From Elsinoe ampelina (taxonomy: Eukaryota): 64,000 bases of DNA. Position 1 is the first letter of the stretch. The number at the start of each line of letters is the position of its first letter. Below, piece by piece: positions 33,032 to 45,500 of this stretch. The notes beneath the pieces were generated by a model. The model saw only the letters and a list, made by a program, of their open reading frames with translations. It did not search any database and was not told the DNA's origin. The translations under genes were made by a program, and so were the position numbers. Location of the stretch: positions 124,001-188,000 of the forward strand of contig ML992513.1 of assembly GCA_010093995.1 (NCBI GenBank), given 5' to 3'.

Positions 33032-34052
33032 CGTGAAGCAGAAATGAAGAGATGACCTACCACTGCTACTCACGACTGGCACTGGAGATACCGAGCAGGT
33101 TTTATGTACATTCCGGCCACAGCATACCAGATAACGGCTTTTTCGTCATGACCGGAAGCGATGGAGGAGGTGCGGGGCTACACCTGACTTGTGAAAGTGA
33201 AGGTCAAAGTGCAAATGATTTCCAGAACAAGACGTCATGGCAGAGAGGGTCTGCGTAGACTACATGACGCCTTGGCTTGGGGGAAGAAGCAATAGCCAGT
33301 AGCGAGCGGAGAGATGAAGCTATTGAACAGATTTAGTGCCGGTCCTCCACATACCCCGCCTTTGCCCGCAGCGCCATGTGCCTGGTCGTCCCTCTCGTGC
33401 ATCATCTATGCGAGATGGCATGCGCGCATTCGGTTCAATGTCGGTCCAGGAGGATTTCTCCAGAGTGTTCTTCGATGATCGTCTGTGCATCTCTCCGGAA
33501 TATCGGTTCGGAAAAGCATGATTGCGGACGCGTCTTTGTCACGCTATGTGAAGTAGCAGCAGTCCGCTTCTTCCTACTACGTCCAGGGACGGCTCTCGGA
33601 CTGATTCTGGCTCTCTCCAAGATTCCCTGGAGTGGCCACTGCCGTCTTCTAGTCATCCCGCTGCCGTCAGTGTCGTCTGGCTGGACTTGGCAGCCCGAAG
33701 TGAGGCCGTGAATGTCGTTGCCGCATCCGGGCGTTCCGGGAGGACTTTTTGGTTGCTCACAGGCTGGATGTGACGGTCATGAGTCCATCATGTGCTTGCT
33801 CGGTGTGTTGAGGAATTGACGGAAGGAAAGAGGTTCTGCTCAAGCTTTGATGATGCCCAGACAAGCTTCGGTCATGGAATCGTGGAAAAGTCGGGGTCTT
33901 GTCGGCTTCGTGATTGCCGATAGCCCTAGCCATGACGACAGACGGTCCCGATTTGAGTTTGCAAATGAGTGTCTGTCTTCCCAACGCGACTGGTGCCTCA
34001 GTTACGATATGTAGGCAATGGCCAGTCCTGGACGACAGTTATACCGGTAGCA

Positions 34053-37000
34053 ATGACGACGGTCCAGAATGAAGTCGAAGCAAAGGACGCCCATGGCGAG
34101 AACAGCTCGCAAGGGGAATCTGGAGCCACTCGGACTTCCTCCGCGATCCAAGATGGTGGCAGCAACGAGGAGAAGAGGAAGAAGGACATACGTACGAAGA
34201 TGAAGGAGCTCTGGGCAAAGACAGGCCTTGATCCACCGACTATGATGGTCATGGCAAAGGGTGGATTGGCTCCGACCATTGCTCTGGCGGCCTTCCAAGC
34301 CACCAGCTTTGCAGAGACATACACAACTCTCGGATATCTGGTAGGGGTGGTCTCGATCCTGAGTTTTGCCGTGATGCCACGGGCAAAGTTCCTCCAGACC
34401 ATGTTCTACCTTTTGTTCACGACTTGTTTCGCTACAGCTGTGGCTCTGCTGGCCATCTTCTGCTGTGTTCAAGCAAGACTCAACACGACCCCTGGAGCAG
34501 ACACCCCGGGAACAGGAGGTTCGGGAACGTCAGGTACACCCTCTCCAGGTGCCTCGACTGCTCCGTATAATTCATCTGCCTCTGCTGTTGCGGCCATTTT
34601 CTTGTTTGTGGAGGTATGGTTGATCAACACGATGCGAGCTCGAAATCCTGCTCTCACCATTCCTGGCATCGTTGCCGCTATCTTTGCGAATGTGTCGCTT
34701 GTCTACGCGCCCCAGTTCAGTGCCATGTCTCAAGGTATCAGCTTTGCCAGAAGACTGCTCGAGGCATTCTTGACAGGGTTTGCAATCGGCACAGGTGTCT
34801 CGCTCTTTGTCTTCCCAGTCACAATGCGCCAGGTTGTCTTCAAGGAGATGACTGGCTACATCATGACTCTTCGCAAGGTCATGGGTGCCCACATCACCTA
34901 CATCGAGAGTCTGCAAGAAGCCGACATGTTCAATCGAACGCCAACTGGGTCGCCAGATACGCCGCGCCTACCGCAAGCTCAAGCTATTAAAGATATCATG
35001 GCTGGCCTTGCTGCTTTACACGGCAAGCTGTCTGTGGACCTGGTCATCGCAAAGCGCGAAATAGCCATTGGTAAGCTTGGACCTGATGATCTTCAAGAAT
35101 TGTTCCGTCGCCTACGAGCGTTGCTGCTACCGATCAGTGGACTCAGTTCTGTCACGGACGTTTTTGAAAGAATCACAGAGGAATACGGGTGGGAAGGCAC
35201 TGCCGATGATCGTCCCCTAGAGGAGATTGATGACGCCAACATTCGCCATCGAGCCCAGGCTGTACAAGACTGGCAACAGCTGTCGTCCATGCTCAAGGAC
35301 CCATTCTCGAGAGTTGTGAAGAGTATCGACGAGGGATTTGCTCATGTCCTTTACACCTTGGAACTGGTCCCCAGACCGAAGAAGACAGAAACCGATGTTG
35401 AAGGTAAAGCGGACCTCCCACCATCTCCGGGTGAGGCTGGCTACACTGCCTCATTAGAGAAGCAAGTCGACGAATTCCGCAGCAAGAAACCTAACCTTCT
35501 TCGGAAGTTTGCCGAGCTCAGAAACATTCAGCTGCCTGACGACTTTTTTGATCGACCTCGGACGGCCTCATTCGATGCTCCAGATTGGTACTACCAGAAG
35601 CCAGAGAACTCCCAGCAACGAACGCGATATCGCCGTCAATTATTCCTGGTCTTGTACATGGACTATCTACTGGAATCCATAGCCAGGAGCGTGCACGACT
35701 TTTGTAAATATGCCGACGATAAAGCAGAGACTAAGTTGAAGAGAAAGCGATTGATCGTGCCTGGGATCAAGCGACTACGCAAGTGGATCAGGACATCGGC
35801 CACGCACAAGACGGACAATTACACGGATGAGCAGCATGGGATGAATGAGGACGGAGGCCGATCAACGGTATATCTGGGCGATGCGTACCACAAGCGCAAG
35901 GACCCAGAGCATCTACCGCCGACCAATGCAATTCAACGCTTCGGTGACAGGATAAGAGCTATACCGCACTTTCTTCGTTCTCCTGCTTCCATGTTCGGTC
36001 TTCGAGTGGCCATGGCAACCATGAGTCTCGCCATCATTGCGTATCTGCGAGAGACTCAGCAATTCTACGTCGTGCAGCGCCTCTTCTGGGCACAGATCAT
36101 GGTCACCATCTCCATGAGTCCCTCAGCAGGTCAGAGCGTCTTCAGTTTTGCTTTACGTATTCTGGGCACCCTAGCTGCCATGATCACTTCCTTCATCATC
36201 TGGTATATCGTCGATGGTCGGACACCTGGAGTACTCGTCTTCTTCTGGCTGTTCGTCATGTGGGGGTTCTACATCGTGCTCAAATACCCAAAGATCACAC
36301 CCGTAGGCATGATCTTCTCAGTCACTAACACTCTTATTATCGGCTATGAGCTACAGACCCGCAAGATTGGTATTCAGCTATCCGAGTCGAACGGCCAAGC
36401 ATACTATCCGATATATGAGCTTGCGCCTTACCGTCTGGCTACTGTATGCGCTGGCATCTTCATTGCTTGGTTGTGGACCATATTTCCCTGGCCGATCTCG
36501 GAGCATAGTGAATTGAGAAGAGACCTAGGTGCATCTCTATACTTACTGGCCAACTACTATTCCGTTGTCGACAGCACAGTCCGCGTTCGCATCTCCGGTG
36601 ATCTCCACTACCTAGAAGCCGATCCCTCCTCGCCTCTCTCCCAGCTCGACAAGGCCCGTCAGAAAGTCTTCTCCAAATCGCTCCTACTCCTCCAAGCCCT
36701 CCGAACCCACGCCGACTTTATCAAATTCGACTTTCCCATCGGCGGCAAGTTTCCAGCGGCCACATATCGCAAGACAATCGCAAGGGTCCAGACCATTCTC
36801 AACTTCACCTCTCTCGTCGCCTACTCCTCCCAGACCTTTGCAGATATGTACGCCGCCAACCGAGAAGAGCACTCCGAGAGCGAATGGCTCCGAGACTTCC
36901 GTCGTCTCAGCTTGTCCACAGCTTCGACCTCCCGCGAAGTCACGACCCTGCTCGCCTTGCTCTCGGCATCCGTCTCCTCAGGCCAACCACTCCCGCCCTA

Positions 37001-37301
37001 CGTCAAGGCGCCCGAGCCATATGCGCTGAGCCAAAAATTGGACGATCTCGACAAGGACATCCTTAGTATACACCACCTGGTCGAACCGGGCTATGCGGCG
37101 TTCGCTTGCATGCAGATCGCTACGAGGTGTATAGGAGATGACCTGGCGGCTCTGTTGAGGGATATAAGGGAGCTGGTAGGCGAGATGGATTTCAGCTTTA
37201 CGGTGGTCGAGGGGGTCGAGAGTGGGGAGAGTGTGGCGAGTAGTGGGAGGGCGAGTAAGGATAGTGTGACGAGGAGAAGGGTCGGTGGTGGCGCTGAGTG
37301 A
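34053..37301 (+). CDS. FUSC-like / ArAE-family membrane protein (ER transporter 6TM N-terminal, DUF2421)
   Basis: A ~1080-aa ORF with two transmembrane bundles (TTLGYL...MPRAKFLQ and FGLRVAMATM...FWAQIM...RILGT...IIGYELQ), plus KDPEHLPP and GGKFP. Confidence 0.8.
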   Translation: MTTVQNEVEAKDAHGENSSQGESGATRTSSAIQDGGSNEEKRKKDIRTKMKELWAKTGLDPPTMMVMAKGGLAPTIALAAFQATSFAETYTTLGYLVGVVSILSFAVMPRAKFLQTMFYLLFTTCFATAVALLAIFCCVQARLNTTPGADTPGTGGSGTSGTPSPGASTAPYNSSASAVAAIFLFVEVWLINTMRARNPALTIPGIVAAIFANVSLVYAPQFSAMSQGISFARRLLEAFLTGFAIGTGVSLFVFPVTMRQVVFKEMTGYIMTLRKVMGAHITYIESLQEADMFNRTPTGSPDTPRLPQAQAIKDIMAGLAALHGKLSVDLVIAKREIAIGKLGPDDLQELFRRLRALLLPISGLSSVTDVFERITEEYGWEGTADDRPLEEIDDANIRHRAQAVQDWQQLSSMLKDPFSRVVKSIDEGFAHVLYTLELVPRPKKTETDVEGKADLPPSPGEAGYTASLEKQVDEFRSKKPNLLRKFAELRNIQLPDDFFDRPRTASFDAPDWYYQKPENSQQRTRYRRQLFLVLYMDYLLESIARSVHDFCKYADDKAETKLKRKRLIVPGIKRLRKWIRTSATHKTDNYTDEQHGMNEDGGRSTVYLGDAYHKRKDPEHLPPTNAIQRFGDRIRAIPHFLRSPASMFGLRVAMATMSLAIIAYLRETQQFYVVQRLFWAQIMVTISMSPSAGQSVFSFALRILGTLAAMITSFIIWYIVDGRTPGVLVFFWLFVMWGFYIVLKYPKITPVGMIFSVTNTLIIGYELQTRKIGIQLSESNGQAYYPIYELAPYRLATVCAGIFIAWLWTIFPWPISEHSELRRDLGASLYLLANYYSVVDSTVRVRISGDLHYLEADPSSPLSQLDKARQKVFSKSLLLLQALRTHADFIKFDFPIGGKFPAATYRKTIARVQTILNFTSLVAYSSQTFADMYAANREEHSESEWLRDFRRLSLSTASTSREVTTLLALLSASVSSGQPLPPYVKAPEPYALSQKLDDLDKDILSIHHLVEPGYAAFACMQIATRCIGDDLAALLRDIRELVGEMDFSFTVVEGVESGESVASSGRASKDSVTRRRVGGGAE

Positions 37302-37929
37302 TCTTTGATATCATGGTGGCTGTGTAGGCGTTTCATGGATATCCTGGAATATGGTAGCATTGGCAGGTGTTTCGGTTCGGAAGTACTACCAGGTCACTCG
37401 TCATCGCACAACATAATGAGTACAGCTCTCCGGGATTTGAATCTGTCGGTGATGACCCGCTCAATCTGGAGGGCAGTCGGTTCTATGAATCTGAGGTACG
37501 ACGTCCCTTTCATCTCTCTGACCTGTGGTTTTTGCCTCTTTGGGACTAATGACGTGGCTCACAAAGGTGCGTGAAGTTTTCCGCCACGTGATTCTCACAT
37601 GCTACCACTTCCTCGGATCTCATGATTGGCTCACATTCCTCGCTGGCAGTTCTCACACTTCCGTGATATCTATTTTCTGCGGCAGATCTTTCACGCACTT
37701 CAGGCGTCCATCTCTCACCATAGCCACAGCATCATCTGCAAAGTACTTGCACAGGATTGCGCTGCCTGCACCCTAACCATTCTGGATCATTACCAACAGT
37801 TTAGAACGTGCTTTCTAGGGCATCAGGACAGGTACGACTATCAGGATATGGTGATCGCTACAACTTCGAAGCGAATCTTTGCCTTCCTGACTGATCGATT
37901 CAGTACTTGGGAACATTGCCCCGCCCAGC

Positions 37930-40900
37930 ATGCCACAAGTCTTCCGAGGGCTTTTATCAATCCAGCCTCTATCAACTGCTGACGGCAGTCTCAGTACCGG
38001 TCAAGATCTTGTCGACGGTCTCGGACGATTGAGCATCGACTCCGAATCTGGACTCTCGTTGGGCAATCTGAACGATCTTATCCAAACTCAACGAACAGGT
38101 GCGCATGATCAGTCACAAGTACATCTCAGCTTGGACATCAGCAATACCCACGCGACAGTGGCATACATCGATATAACACAGCGCGACGGATTCAAATCAC
38201 AGCTATTCTTGCATGGTGATAACATCCTTGGGGAGGTGGTTGTTCGTCCAATCGACGACGTCAACCATGTGGATTTATCTACATATCCGCATGTAGCTAT
38301 ACAGACCACGAACGCAAATGTCCTCTCCTGGCACCGCCATTCTTCAGATCTATGCGAGGTCGATCTGACATACAACGGCAAGTTCACGGGATGTCGCATC
38401 TTCGAGCAGTCGATTGGAAATATCGACACACAGCAAAGCGTTCAGGATCTCGCCGACCACTTGCAACGTCCCTGCCGCATCCGCTTGCTACTTCGGCACG
38501 AAGCCAGTCTCTCCTCGACTGGGCCCCCGTTCGGCGCTCGCCCTCATGAGGTGCCTGTTCAGTCCTTCGAACGATTTGACATGCTCGTCAATGAGGAGCG
38601 CCAGATCGGCAAATTTCCCTTCCAGCACCTGCTCCAAGAGGACGGACCTCGACAGAAGCCCACAGTGGTCGATCTCCAAGAGCCTATTGATCCCGACTTT
38701 ACAGCGCGGATCTCCTTCATCTCTGTCAAAGAATTCTTCACGATCATGATCGCTAGTGCGACTGGTCTTGCCGACCGGGAGTTTCTAGAAGAAAGTGTCC
38801 AGGTCAAGGGCACTGGTCAACTGATAGATCTGTCCACAGAGAAATCGAATGGGCTGCTTGGGGTCTTACCTCTTGATCTGCTGCCCGACAAAAACTGCGC
38901 CAAAGGCACCAAAATCAGCATCGACTTCACTGAGTCCTCACAATTTTCCGAAGACGGCTTTCCCAGCTCTTTCAACGGTGTGGTCATCGACAACCCCCCA
39001 GGTATCAACTGCTTGAAATTCCGCTGCGTGAAACTCAGGGGCAAGCCCGACGAGAAGGGTCAAGAAACTTTCAGTACTCGACTTCAGGCAATGGATATCC
39101 GATCTGCCACCAAAATCAGCAAGGATGGCGGTTTTGGGCCTTATTTTGCCGATACCGACCACTTCGATCTTGCTCTCGACGTCTGTCCTGACACAACATC
39201 TGCTGATAGGCGAAGAGACGCTCTGGAGATATTGCGAAGCAGGGTTATCTACCCCCCACCATCATCACCAGAAGTGTTTCTCCGTCATCTTCTCTGCGGC
39301 GGGAGGTTGGACCAAGTTCCAAAACTTGACGCTCTGCAAGATTTGGAGTCTGCTCACATTGAGACCGCTTGTCGAGGCATGAATCCAGCTCAGCTTCAAA
39401 GTATAAGCCTGCTGAGAAACATGACTGGAAACATTGGACTCATTGCTGGACCTCCAGGATGCGGCAAGTCTTTCATCATCAAGCGCATTATCTCCATGTT
39501 CGCTAACCTTCACTTCACCATGGACGGATCTCGTTTTGGCAAAAATACCTTTGATAGAATGCGGGAGGGCATCCCGACTGATGGCTACAGAGCCACCTGC
39601 CCTGTCATGGTCACTGCACCTGTCAATAGGGTACTGAACGATTTGACGAAATCAATTTATGCCGAGCTGCTGAAGATCAAGAAACACCCAGTCATTGTAC
39701 GTCCATTGGCAAGTAGGGTCGAATGCAAGCCGGATATCACAACGAATGATTTCGCTCCGATAGAGCATCAGTATGGATGCCGCGCCATGGTCAACATCAA
39801 GAACACTCAAGACATGATCACGAAGTTCGACAGGAAGCTTCTCTCGAATCCGGCGACTACAACTGCCAATGCCACCATCCGACTTGAAGGCAGTGACAAG
39901 GAAATCTCTATCGACTTGTTCGCCCACTCCATGCCATTCCACATCTACACCGCAATCGGATTAGCCATACCAAATAGCCTCATCAAACATCTCTACGTCG
40001 ACAGCCTCTTCTACGGCCCGCTTCGTCGGTATGTGGCAGGGAAATATGGCGAAAGCTTCAGCTCGACCTACCAGGCCCTGCTGAATCCTGGTCCGATTCT
40101 GACGGACATTGAAGACTACGAGAAAGCTCTGAATGAGATCTACGATGACGTTCATGAACTTGTCATCAAGCATGCCGATGTCTGCCTCGTAACCTTGGCT
40201 CATTCACTCGACCCTAAGTTACAGACTACGCTTCGACCTCGCATCATCCTCGTCGACGAAGCCGCCAAGGCTCGCCCTGACGAGACTCTTCCTTTACTGA
40301 GCGCTTACAGCTCCGCGCACGCAACCGTGCTCGTCGGCGACGAAAAGCAATTGAAGCCTCATCTCCAGTTCCCACCTTCCACGATTCCATACGGTCACCA
40401 GCTCGCGCTCTCGGAATTCGAGCGTCTCCGTCTCCTCGGAGTCCCCTGCGGCCAATTGACTGAACAACACCGCTCAGTCCCTCTGATCAACGACCTGGTG
40501 AACCTCATGTACAATGGCATCCTCCACCCCGTCCCATCGACACTGAACCTACCAGGCGCCGCCAAATTCGCCGCTCACGCTCGCCACCTGTTCCGTTCTT
40601 CCAAAGCCGTCGTCCTTCTCGACCTGAACAACTCCGAGACCCGAATCCGCGGCTCATCATCCTACAACCCCTCCGCAGGCCGCGCCGTTCGTGATGCCGT
40701 AGATTCCCTCCTCTTCCCCTCCCACCCTGGCCTGCAACGCTACACCGCCAAGGAAATCGCCATTCTCTCGCCCTACCTCGCCCAGAACAGCGATTACAAA
40801 GACGACCTCGCCGCCCTGGCTGCCTCGAGGCGCGATCCCAGCGTTGAGGACGTATTCGTGGGGACATTCGACGGTGCGCAAGGAAGGCAGTTTGATGTGG

Positions 40901-41097
40901 TGTTTTGTGATTTGGTGGTGAGTAGGGGTTTGGGGTTCGTGAGGGAGTTGGGGAGGTTGAATGTGGGGTTGAGCAGGGCGAGGTTTGGGTTGGTGGTTGT
41001 GGCGGATACCAAGGGGTTGGAGGGGGCGGTGAGGGGGCATTATCTTGAGAGGTTGTTTCGGTGGTTGAAGAGGGAGGGGACGGTGGTGAGGATGTGA
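37930..41097 (+). CDS. Upf1/DNA2/NAM7-like SF1 helicase (AAA_11/AAA_12), paralog 1
   Basis: Motifs GPPGCGKS, VTAPVN, ILVDEAA, LVGDEKQL, LTEQHRS, LSPYLAQ, TFDGAQGRQFD and RLNVGLSRAR. 1055 aa, no internal intron needed. Confidence 0.9.
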   Translation: MPQVFRGLLSIQPLSTADGSLSTGQDLVDGLGRLSIDSESGLSLGNLNDLIQTQRTGAHDQSQVHLSLDISNTHATVAYIDITQRDGFKSQLFLHGDNILGEVVVRPIDDVNHVDLSTYPHVAIQTTNANVLSWHRHSSDLCEVDLTYNGKFTGCRIFEQSIGNIDTQQSVQDLADHLQRPCRIRLLLRHEASLSSTGPPFGARPHEVPVQSFERFDMLVNEERQIGKFPFQHLLQEDGPRQKPTVVDLQEPIDPDFTARISFISVKEFFTIMIASATGLADREFLEESVQVKGTGQLIDLSTEKSNGLLGVLPLDLLPDKNCAKGTKISIDFTESSQFSEDGFPSSFNGVVIDNPPGINCLKFRCVKLRGKPDEKGQETFSTRLQAMDIRSATKISKDGGFGPYFADTDHFDLALDVCPDTTSADRRRDALEILRSRVIYPPPSSPEVFLRHLLCGGRLDQVPKLDALQDLESAHIETACRGMNPAQLQSISLLRNMTGNIGLIAGPPGCGKSFIIKRIISMFANLHFTMDGSRFGKNTFDRMREGIPTDGYRATCPVMVTAPVNRVLNDLTKSIYAELLKIKKHPVIVRPLASRVECKPDITTNDFAPIEHQYGCRAMVNIKNTQDMITKFDRKLLSNPATTTANATIRLEGSDKEISIDLFAHSMPFHIYTAIGLAIPNSLIKHLYVDSLFYGPLRRYVAGKYGESFSSTYQALLNPGPILTDIEDYEKALNEIYDDVHELVIKHADVCLVTLAHSLDPKLQTTLRPRIILVDEAAKARPDETLPLLSAYSSAHATVLVGDEKQLKPHLQFPPSTIPYGHQLALSEFERLRLLGVPCGQLTEQHRSVPLINDLVNLMYNGILHPVPSTLNLPGAAKFAAHARHLFRSSKAVVLLDLNNSETRIRGSSSYNPSAGRAVRDAVDSLLFPSHPGLQRYTAKEIAILSPYLAQNSDYKDDLAALAASRRDPSVEDVFVGTFDGAQGRQFDVVFCDLVVSRGLGFVRELGRLNVGLSRARFGLVVVADTKGLEGAVRGHYLERLFRWLKREGTVVRM

Positions 41098-42502
41098 GGT
41101 GGTGGGGAGGTGGGGTGGAGGAAAAGGGGAGATGCAGAAGGGCGAGGCGGAGGTCTGAGGGTGAAGGTAGAAGGAGGGAAAGAGAAAAGACATTCTGTTG
41201 ATTTGGAAGAAAGATAGACTGTCGACCTGGTGGGGACTTGGGGTGGGAAGTGGCAGGAATTGTATCGCCAGAGGCGGCGACGTAGAAAGCATATCGAGAG
41301 ATGCTGGAGCTACCAGCAATTCTGGTAGTTTTCTCGCTGTAATAAGGGATCAACAAACATAGAATCACAATTACCCCACAAAGGTGATGCGGTGCACATT
41401 GGGAGATTCGCACGTGACCTGTGCACTTAACCTCGGCTATGGTCACTCCGACTTCGACCCCATTTCAAGAAGCAATTCCTGGACCAACAGTTTTCCATAC
41501 TTCTGCTTTTCTCTGTGATTATCTCGACGGGTCACTATATCGTGTCCGCGCCTTGTGGATTGGGTTGGCGTCTCAGAGTGATATTTGCTACTACGAGGGC
41601 AAGGTGAGCAAATACGTCGCGGCAAGCATGATGACCAGGTGCTGTAGCAGACGCTAACGCCCCTGAAGCTCAACGTGGGAATCGCAGATCTTCTGGTGAT
41701 CCGCTGCCAGTCGATGGACGTGTGTCGCTCGGGCCTGTTCTATGCTAGAGCGATAAGTCGAGGTTGCCCGTGAGCATGCTCCACTACCGCCATCCAATAC
41801 AGCCCGGCATTGCCACTGGTCTACCGCGATCTCTCATGATCAGAACCGCCTCGAATGCTGGCTGCTTGGACAGAGAATACTTCCAATACCATCTGCCTGG
41901 GTTGGCACCACGATGTTTCACAGCGGCTTCTGGTTCCAAGGAGGTGGCAAGAACAAGTCCATCCGTGTTCGGCTTTATTGCCATCAAGCGTCTGTCAGTC
42001 AATGGTCAATCGGTCTAACAGGATACCTGGGTCGCTGTGGTTCTCTACTCTTTTGGTGTCATCGTCACCGAGCCAGCTAAGGTGCAGATGGTATAATTGA
42101 ATACCTGAAACGAGCCTCGACATACCGTCTCTCCTCTGGTCCTTGGCCTTTCTCCGGACTGAAAGATGATTGCGATACCAATTGGATGGTCAAATGTGGC
42201 AGCCGATAGATGTTGAATCTAATCTGCCGCGCAAGAGATAGGTTGGAGTGTGAAGGTAGCCTGCGAATCGTCCCGGACTTCTCTGTCACATGCTCGGTTT
42301 TGCTGTCGATTCACCACGATGACGTGGCGCACTGAGTTTGCTGCTTGCTGGACGCCTTCTCCTACCTTTCCATGTGTCTCCGAGAAATTCCATCTTGCAT
42401 TTTCACCCTGTTCCCTCCCAGGTCCTGCTCTGTTACTTCTTCTATTGGCGACAATCGTATCAGAAGCCTTCTACATGGTGCACTGGCAAGACAGACTCCG
42501 CA

Positions 42503-45500
42503 ATGTTCACTCAAGAGTCCACTCGGAAGGAGTTGAGAGACCTGATGACGGCCCGGATCAGATCTGAGTACATCTCCCATATTCAAAGTGCACGGACAGG
42601 ATTCTTGGAGGAGCATCCTTTTCTGGACCAGCAAGTGGACTTGTCGTCCAGAACTTTCAGTGATCGCATAGACAAGTCACCGACCCCATCGACGAAGGAG
42701 ACGTCGCGCGCTAGGAATAGAATGGAGGACAACTCCTTCAAAACCCCGCAGTCTTCCGCCATCGCCCTGCGCATTTCCAGGTATAGCGAGGTGGGAACAA
42801 CGAAGCTCAGGTCTGCCCAAGATCCACTCGCAGAATTTTCTCGTGCGTCTCCAAATGGCGTGCCCACTACAGACGAAGTCTCGCAATTGATATTTGGGTC
42901 TAACTCAGAGAACGGACCACAAGCAGTCCGCGACAGCTCCGCGACTCTCACTCTGCATGCACCCTCCGGTCATGCTGCAGTGGGTAGGATATCTATCACT
43001 CTGCCAAACACAGCAGACACACCTTCGGATGTCTGTCTCGTCTACCTCGGGTTCGATTGCTTCAATCTGTTGCAAGAGCTGGTAATTGGTGAGGACGAAT
43101 CTGGTCCGTTGCAAGTCCCGATTGCAGGAGGACGAAAGGGCACAAAAGATTGCGCCAGAGGGAGAAAGGTCATCACCATATTCTGTGCACATAGGGGAAC
43201 TGTTGAAGGCCTGTCGGATGACGAATACGACACTGCCCGCAATATTGAAACAAAGAAACAACTCCGAGCGCTACTTCACGGTGGTATACGCATCTCGATG
43301 CTCGTTGAAGCACCCTTAGCAGAGCATCTTCAAGAGTTTAACGCATACATCCTGTCCGAGCTGCGATGGGGCCCAGACTTTCTTCGTTACCTGCCGGACG
43401 GCCAGCGCTCGTACCCGCACGCGAAAGAAATTGTTCTACGCCGCGAAAGACCAGGTGTGAGATTGGCCGCTACCAATGTTTTCTCCTCGCTGGCCGAATG
43501 GTTCTCTGTTATAGCGATGGGATTCAGGTGGATCACAGAAATAGAACTACTAGAAGACTCTCAACCCATGAAGGATGCACGCTTGTGTCTCTTCAAGCAC
43601 TCTGGCCATGTCGAAAATTTAGAAGCATTTCATGGAGTGCTTCTGCGAGGCAGTGCGAGGTTCTCGGTAGGCGACCGTGTTGACATTCGCTTCAAAAGAC
43701 AAGGCCAACTCGCTGATGCGAATCCGAAGCACTGCGCTCTGACCTGGACAGCGAGAGTCATGGAGCAGTCTCAGTCGATGGATAATCAGCACCGCTCCAT
43801 TCACATGAAAGGGCCCGACCGTATCAGAGCCGAAAAGGAGCTAGCTGGCATAAGGACCGAAGAGGCAGAGACCATGGAAAAGGAGTTCGAGCCCATGGAA
43901 GAGCCGTGGAACTTCTTTGATCATGGCATATTCAAGCCGCTCGCAGTCCTTGACGACGTAAAGACCGATGAGGACCTGGCAGCGTATCTCAAGGATGAAT
44001 CCAACATTTTCGCCGTGGATGTGGAGCCTATTGAGGACGATACTATGCTCCAGCGCTTTGACAACGCCATGCCTGGACTGAAACGGCGTATTCGTCTGGA
44101 GGCAGGTTGCTGTCCTCAGGGTTTGGGGGCCACGATCATGCTCATACTGGGCTTTCCAAAAGAAGACCTACCACGTATTGACTTCTATGAAGGGGTCGCG
44201 GAATCTGCCACAGGTCACATGGGCACCCTCGAGGCAGCTCAACTTGAGTTCATCGCCAGTCTTCGAAGCATGACATGTGGAGTTGCATGCCTTCAAGGTC
44301 CAGCTGGAGTCGGCAAGACATTCACTCAGACCATTGCTGTGGCTCCTCACTGCGCGAAGCCGTTGGACGAGGGCTGCTTGGACTCCTCTTGTTCTCGGCC
44401 ACTTCAAACTACACCAGTAACCAGCAAGGTCCGTTTTGGTTGTCCCATTCTTGCACTGGCCCATAGTCACGAGAACGTCGATCTTCAGACCAAGGCACTA
44501 GATGTTTCTCTGTCCAAAGTGAAAGATTGACCGATCGTCATTAGGCAATATCGCCGACAAACCGATAAAAAGGTCGTCATGATGAGATTTCCAAAGCGGT
44601 ATTTGGCAGAACTTGACAAGAGGGGTATGGAGGACTTACTGCAAGCAAGCAGCGACGTGGATGAGGTGAAAGCTGGCATGTTCCTCGCAAGATCGGGTGG
44701 TAGAACGTGGCAAGGTCTTTTCAACTCTCTCAAAACTCGCACTCGTGGCGATCGAGTCATTCCGGACAGTATCAAGGACGATATGTATGTCTACTCCATG
44801 GGGGTGGCCATCCATATAGCTTTAGGGTTGCCACTTCACCGCAGTCTCCAACAAGATCCGCACGTTCAAGACTTACTACAGACAAATCTCGCAAAAGGGA
44901 CGCAGCGCTTCAAACACGTCCGAGCTCTCCTTATAGAGTCTGATCGACTGCCATCAGGCAAGGTCCTAGATCCCAAGAAGCAGGTCAGGCTCAAGGACGG
45001 TATGCGAGACGTGCGCCACTTTGTCCTTCGTGTTGCAGATGCGGTCTCTATGACTGCTTCTCAGAGTCTTGCCAGTCACACGTACGAGTACCTGTGTCCG
45101 ACCGTCATTGTTATCGACGAAGCTCCCAAGATACCCGAGGCTCTGTTATTTGCGATTCGAGGTGTCTATCCTGGATGCCAGCGCTTCCTTCTGGCCGGCG
45201 ACAAGTGTCAAATTGGAGTTCACGTCGACCAACACCAGGAAGATATGCCCACCGTAGCGCAGTATAGGCGATCCTTCTTCGAGCGTGCAATCAATCTCGG
45301 CTACACCAATACCAGCCTGAATGTGACCTACCGTTTCAACAGCACTCTCGCCAACCTCTCACGCATCTGGTACGGCCCATCCTTTCGCTCTGTCCAAATC
45401 ACAGAGCAGCACCCACACCATCTCCGCTATCAGAAAGTTGCCTCACAGGCTTTCGGGACGACCAACAGCCTCATAGTCGTCAATGTCAAGGATGGATCTA

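Noticed and set aside
41098..42500. Small partner gene between helicases 1 and 2
   Set aside because: Only short ORFs (~100 aa or less) with no recognisable motifs are present.
44528..44578. Intron removing the stop in helicase 2
   Set aside because: The sequence translates in frame into residues that align with both paralogs, and no convincing splice signals are present.
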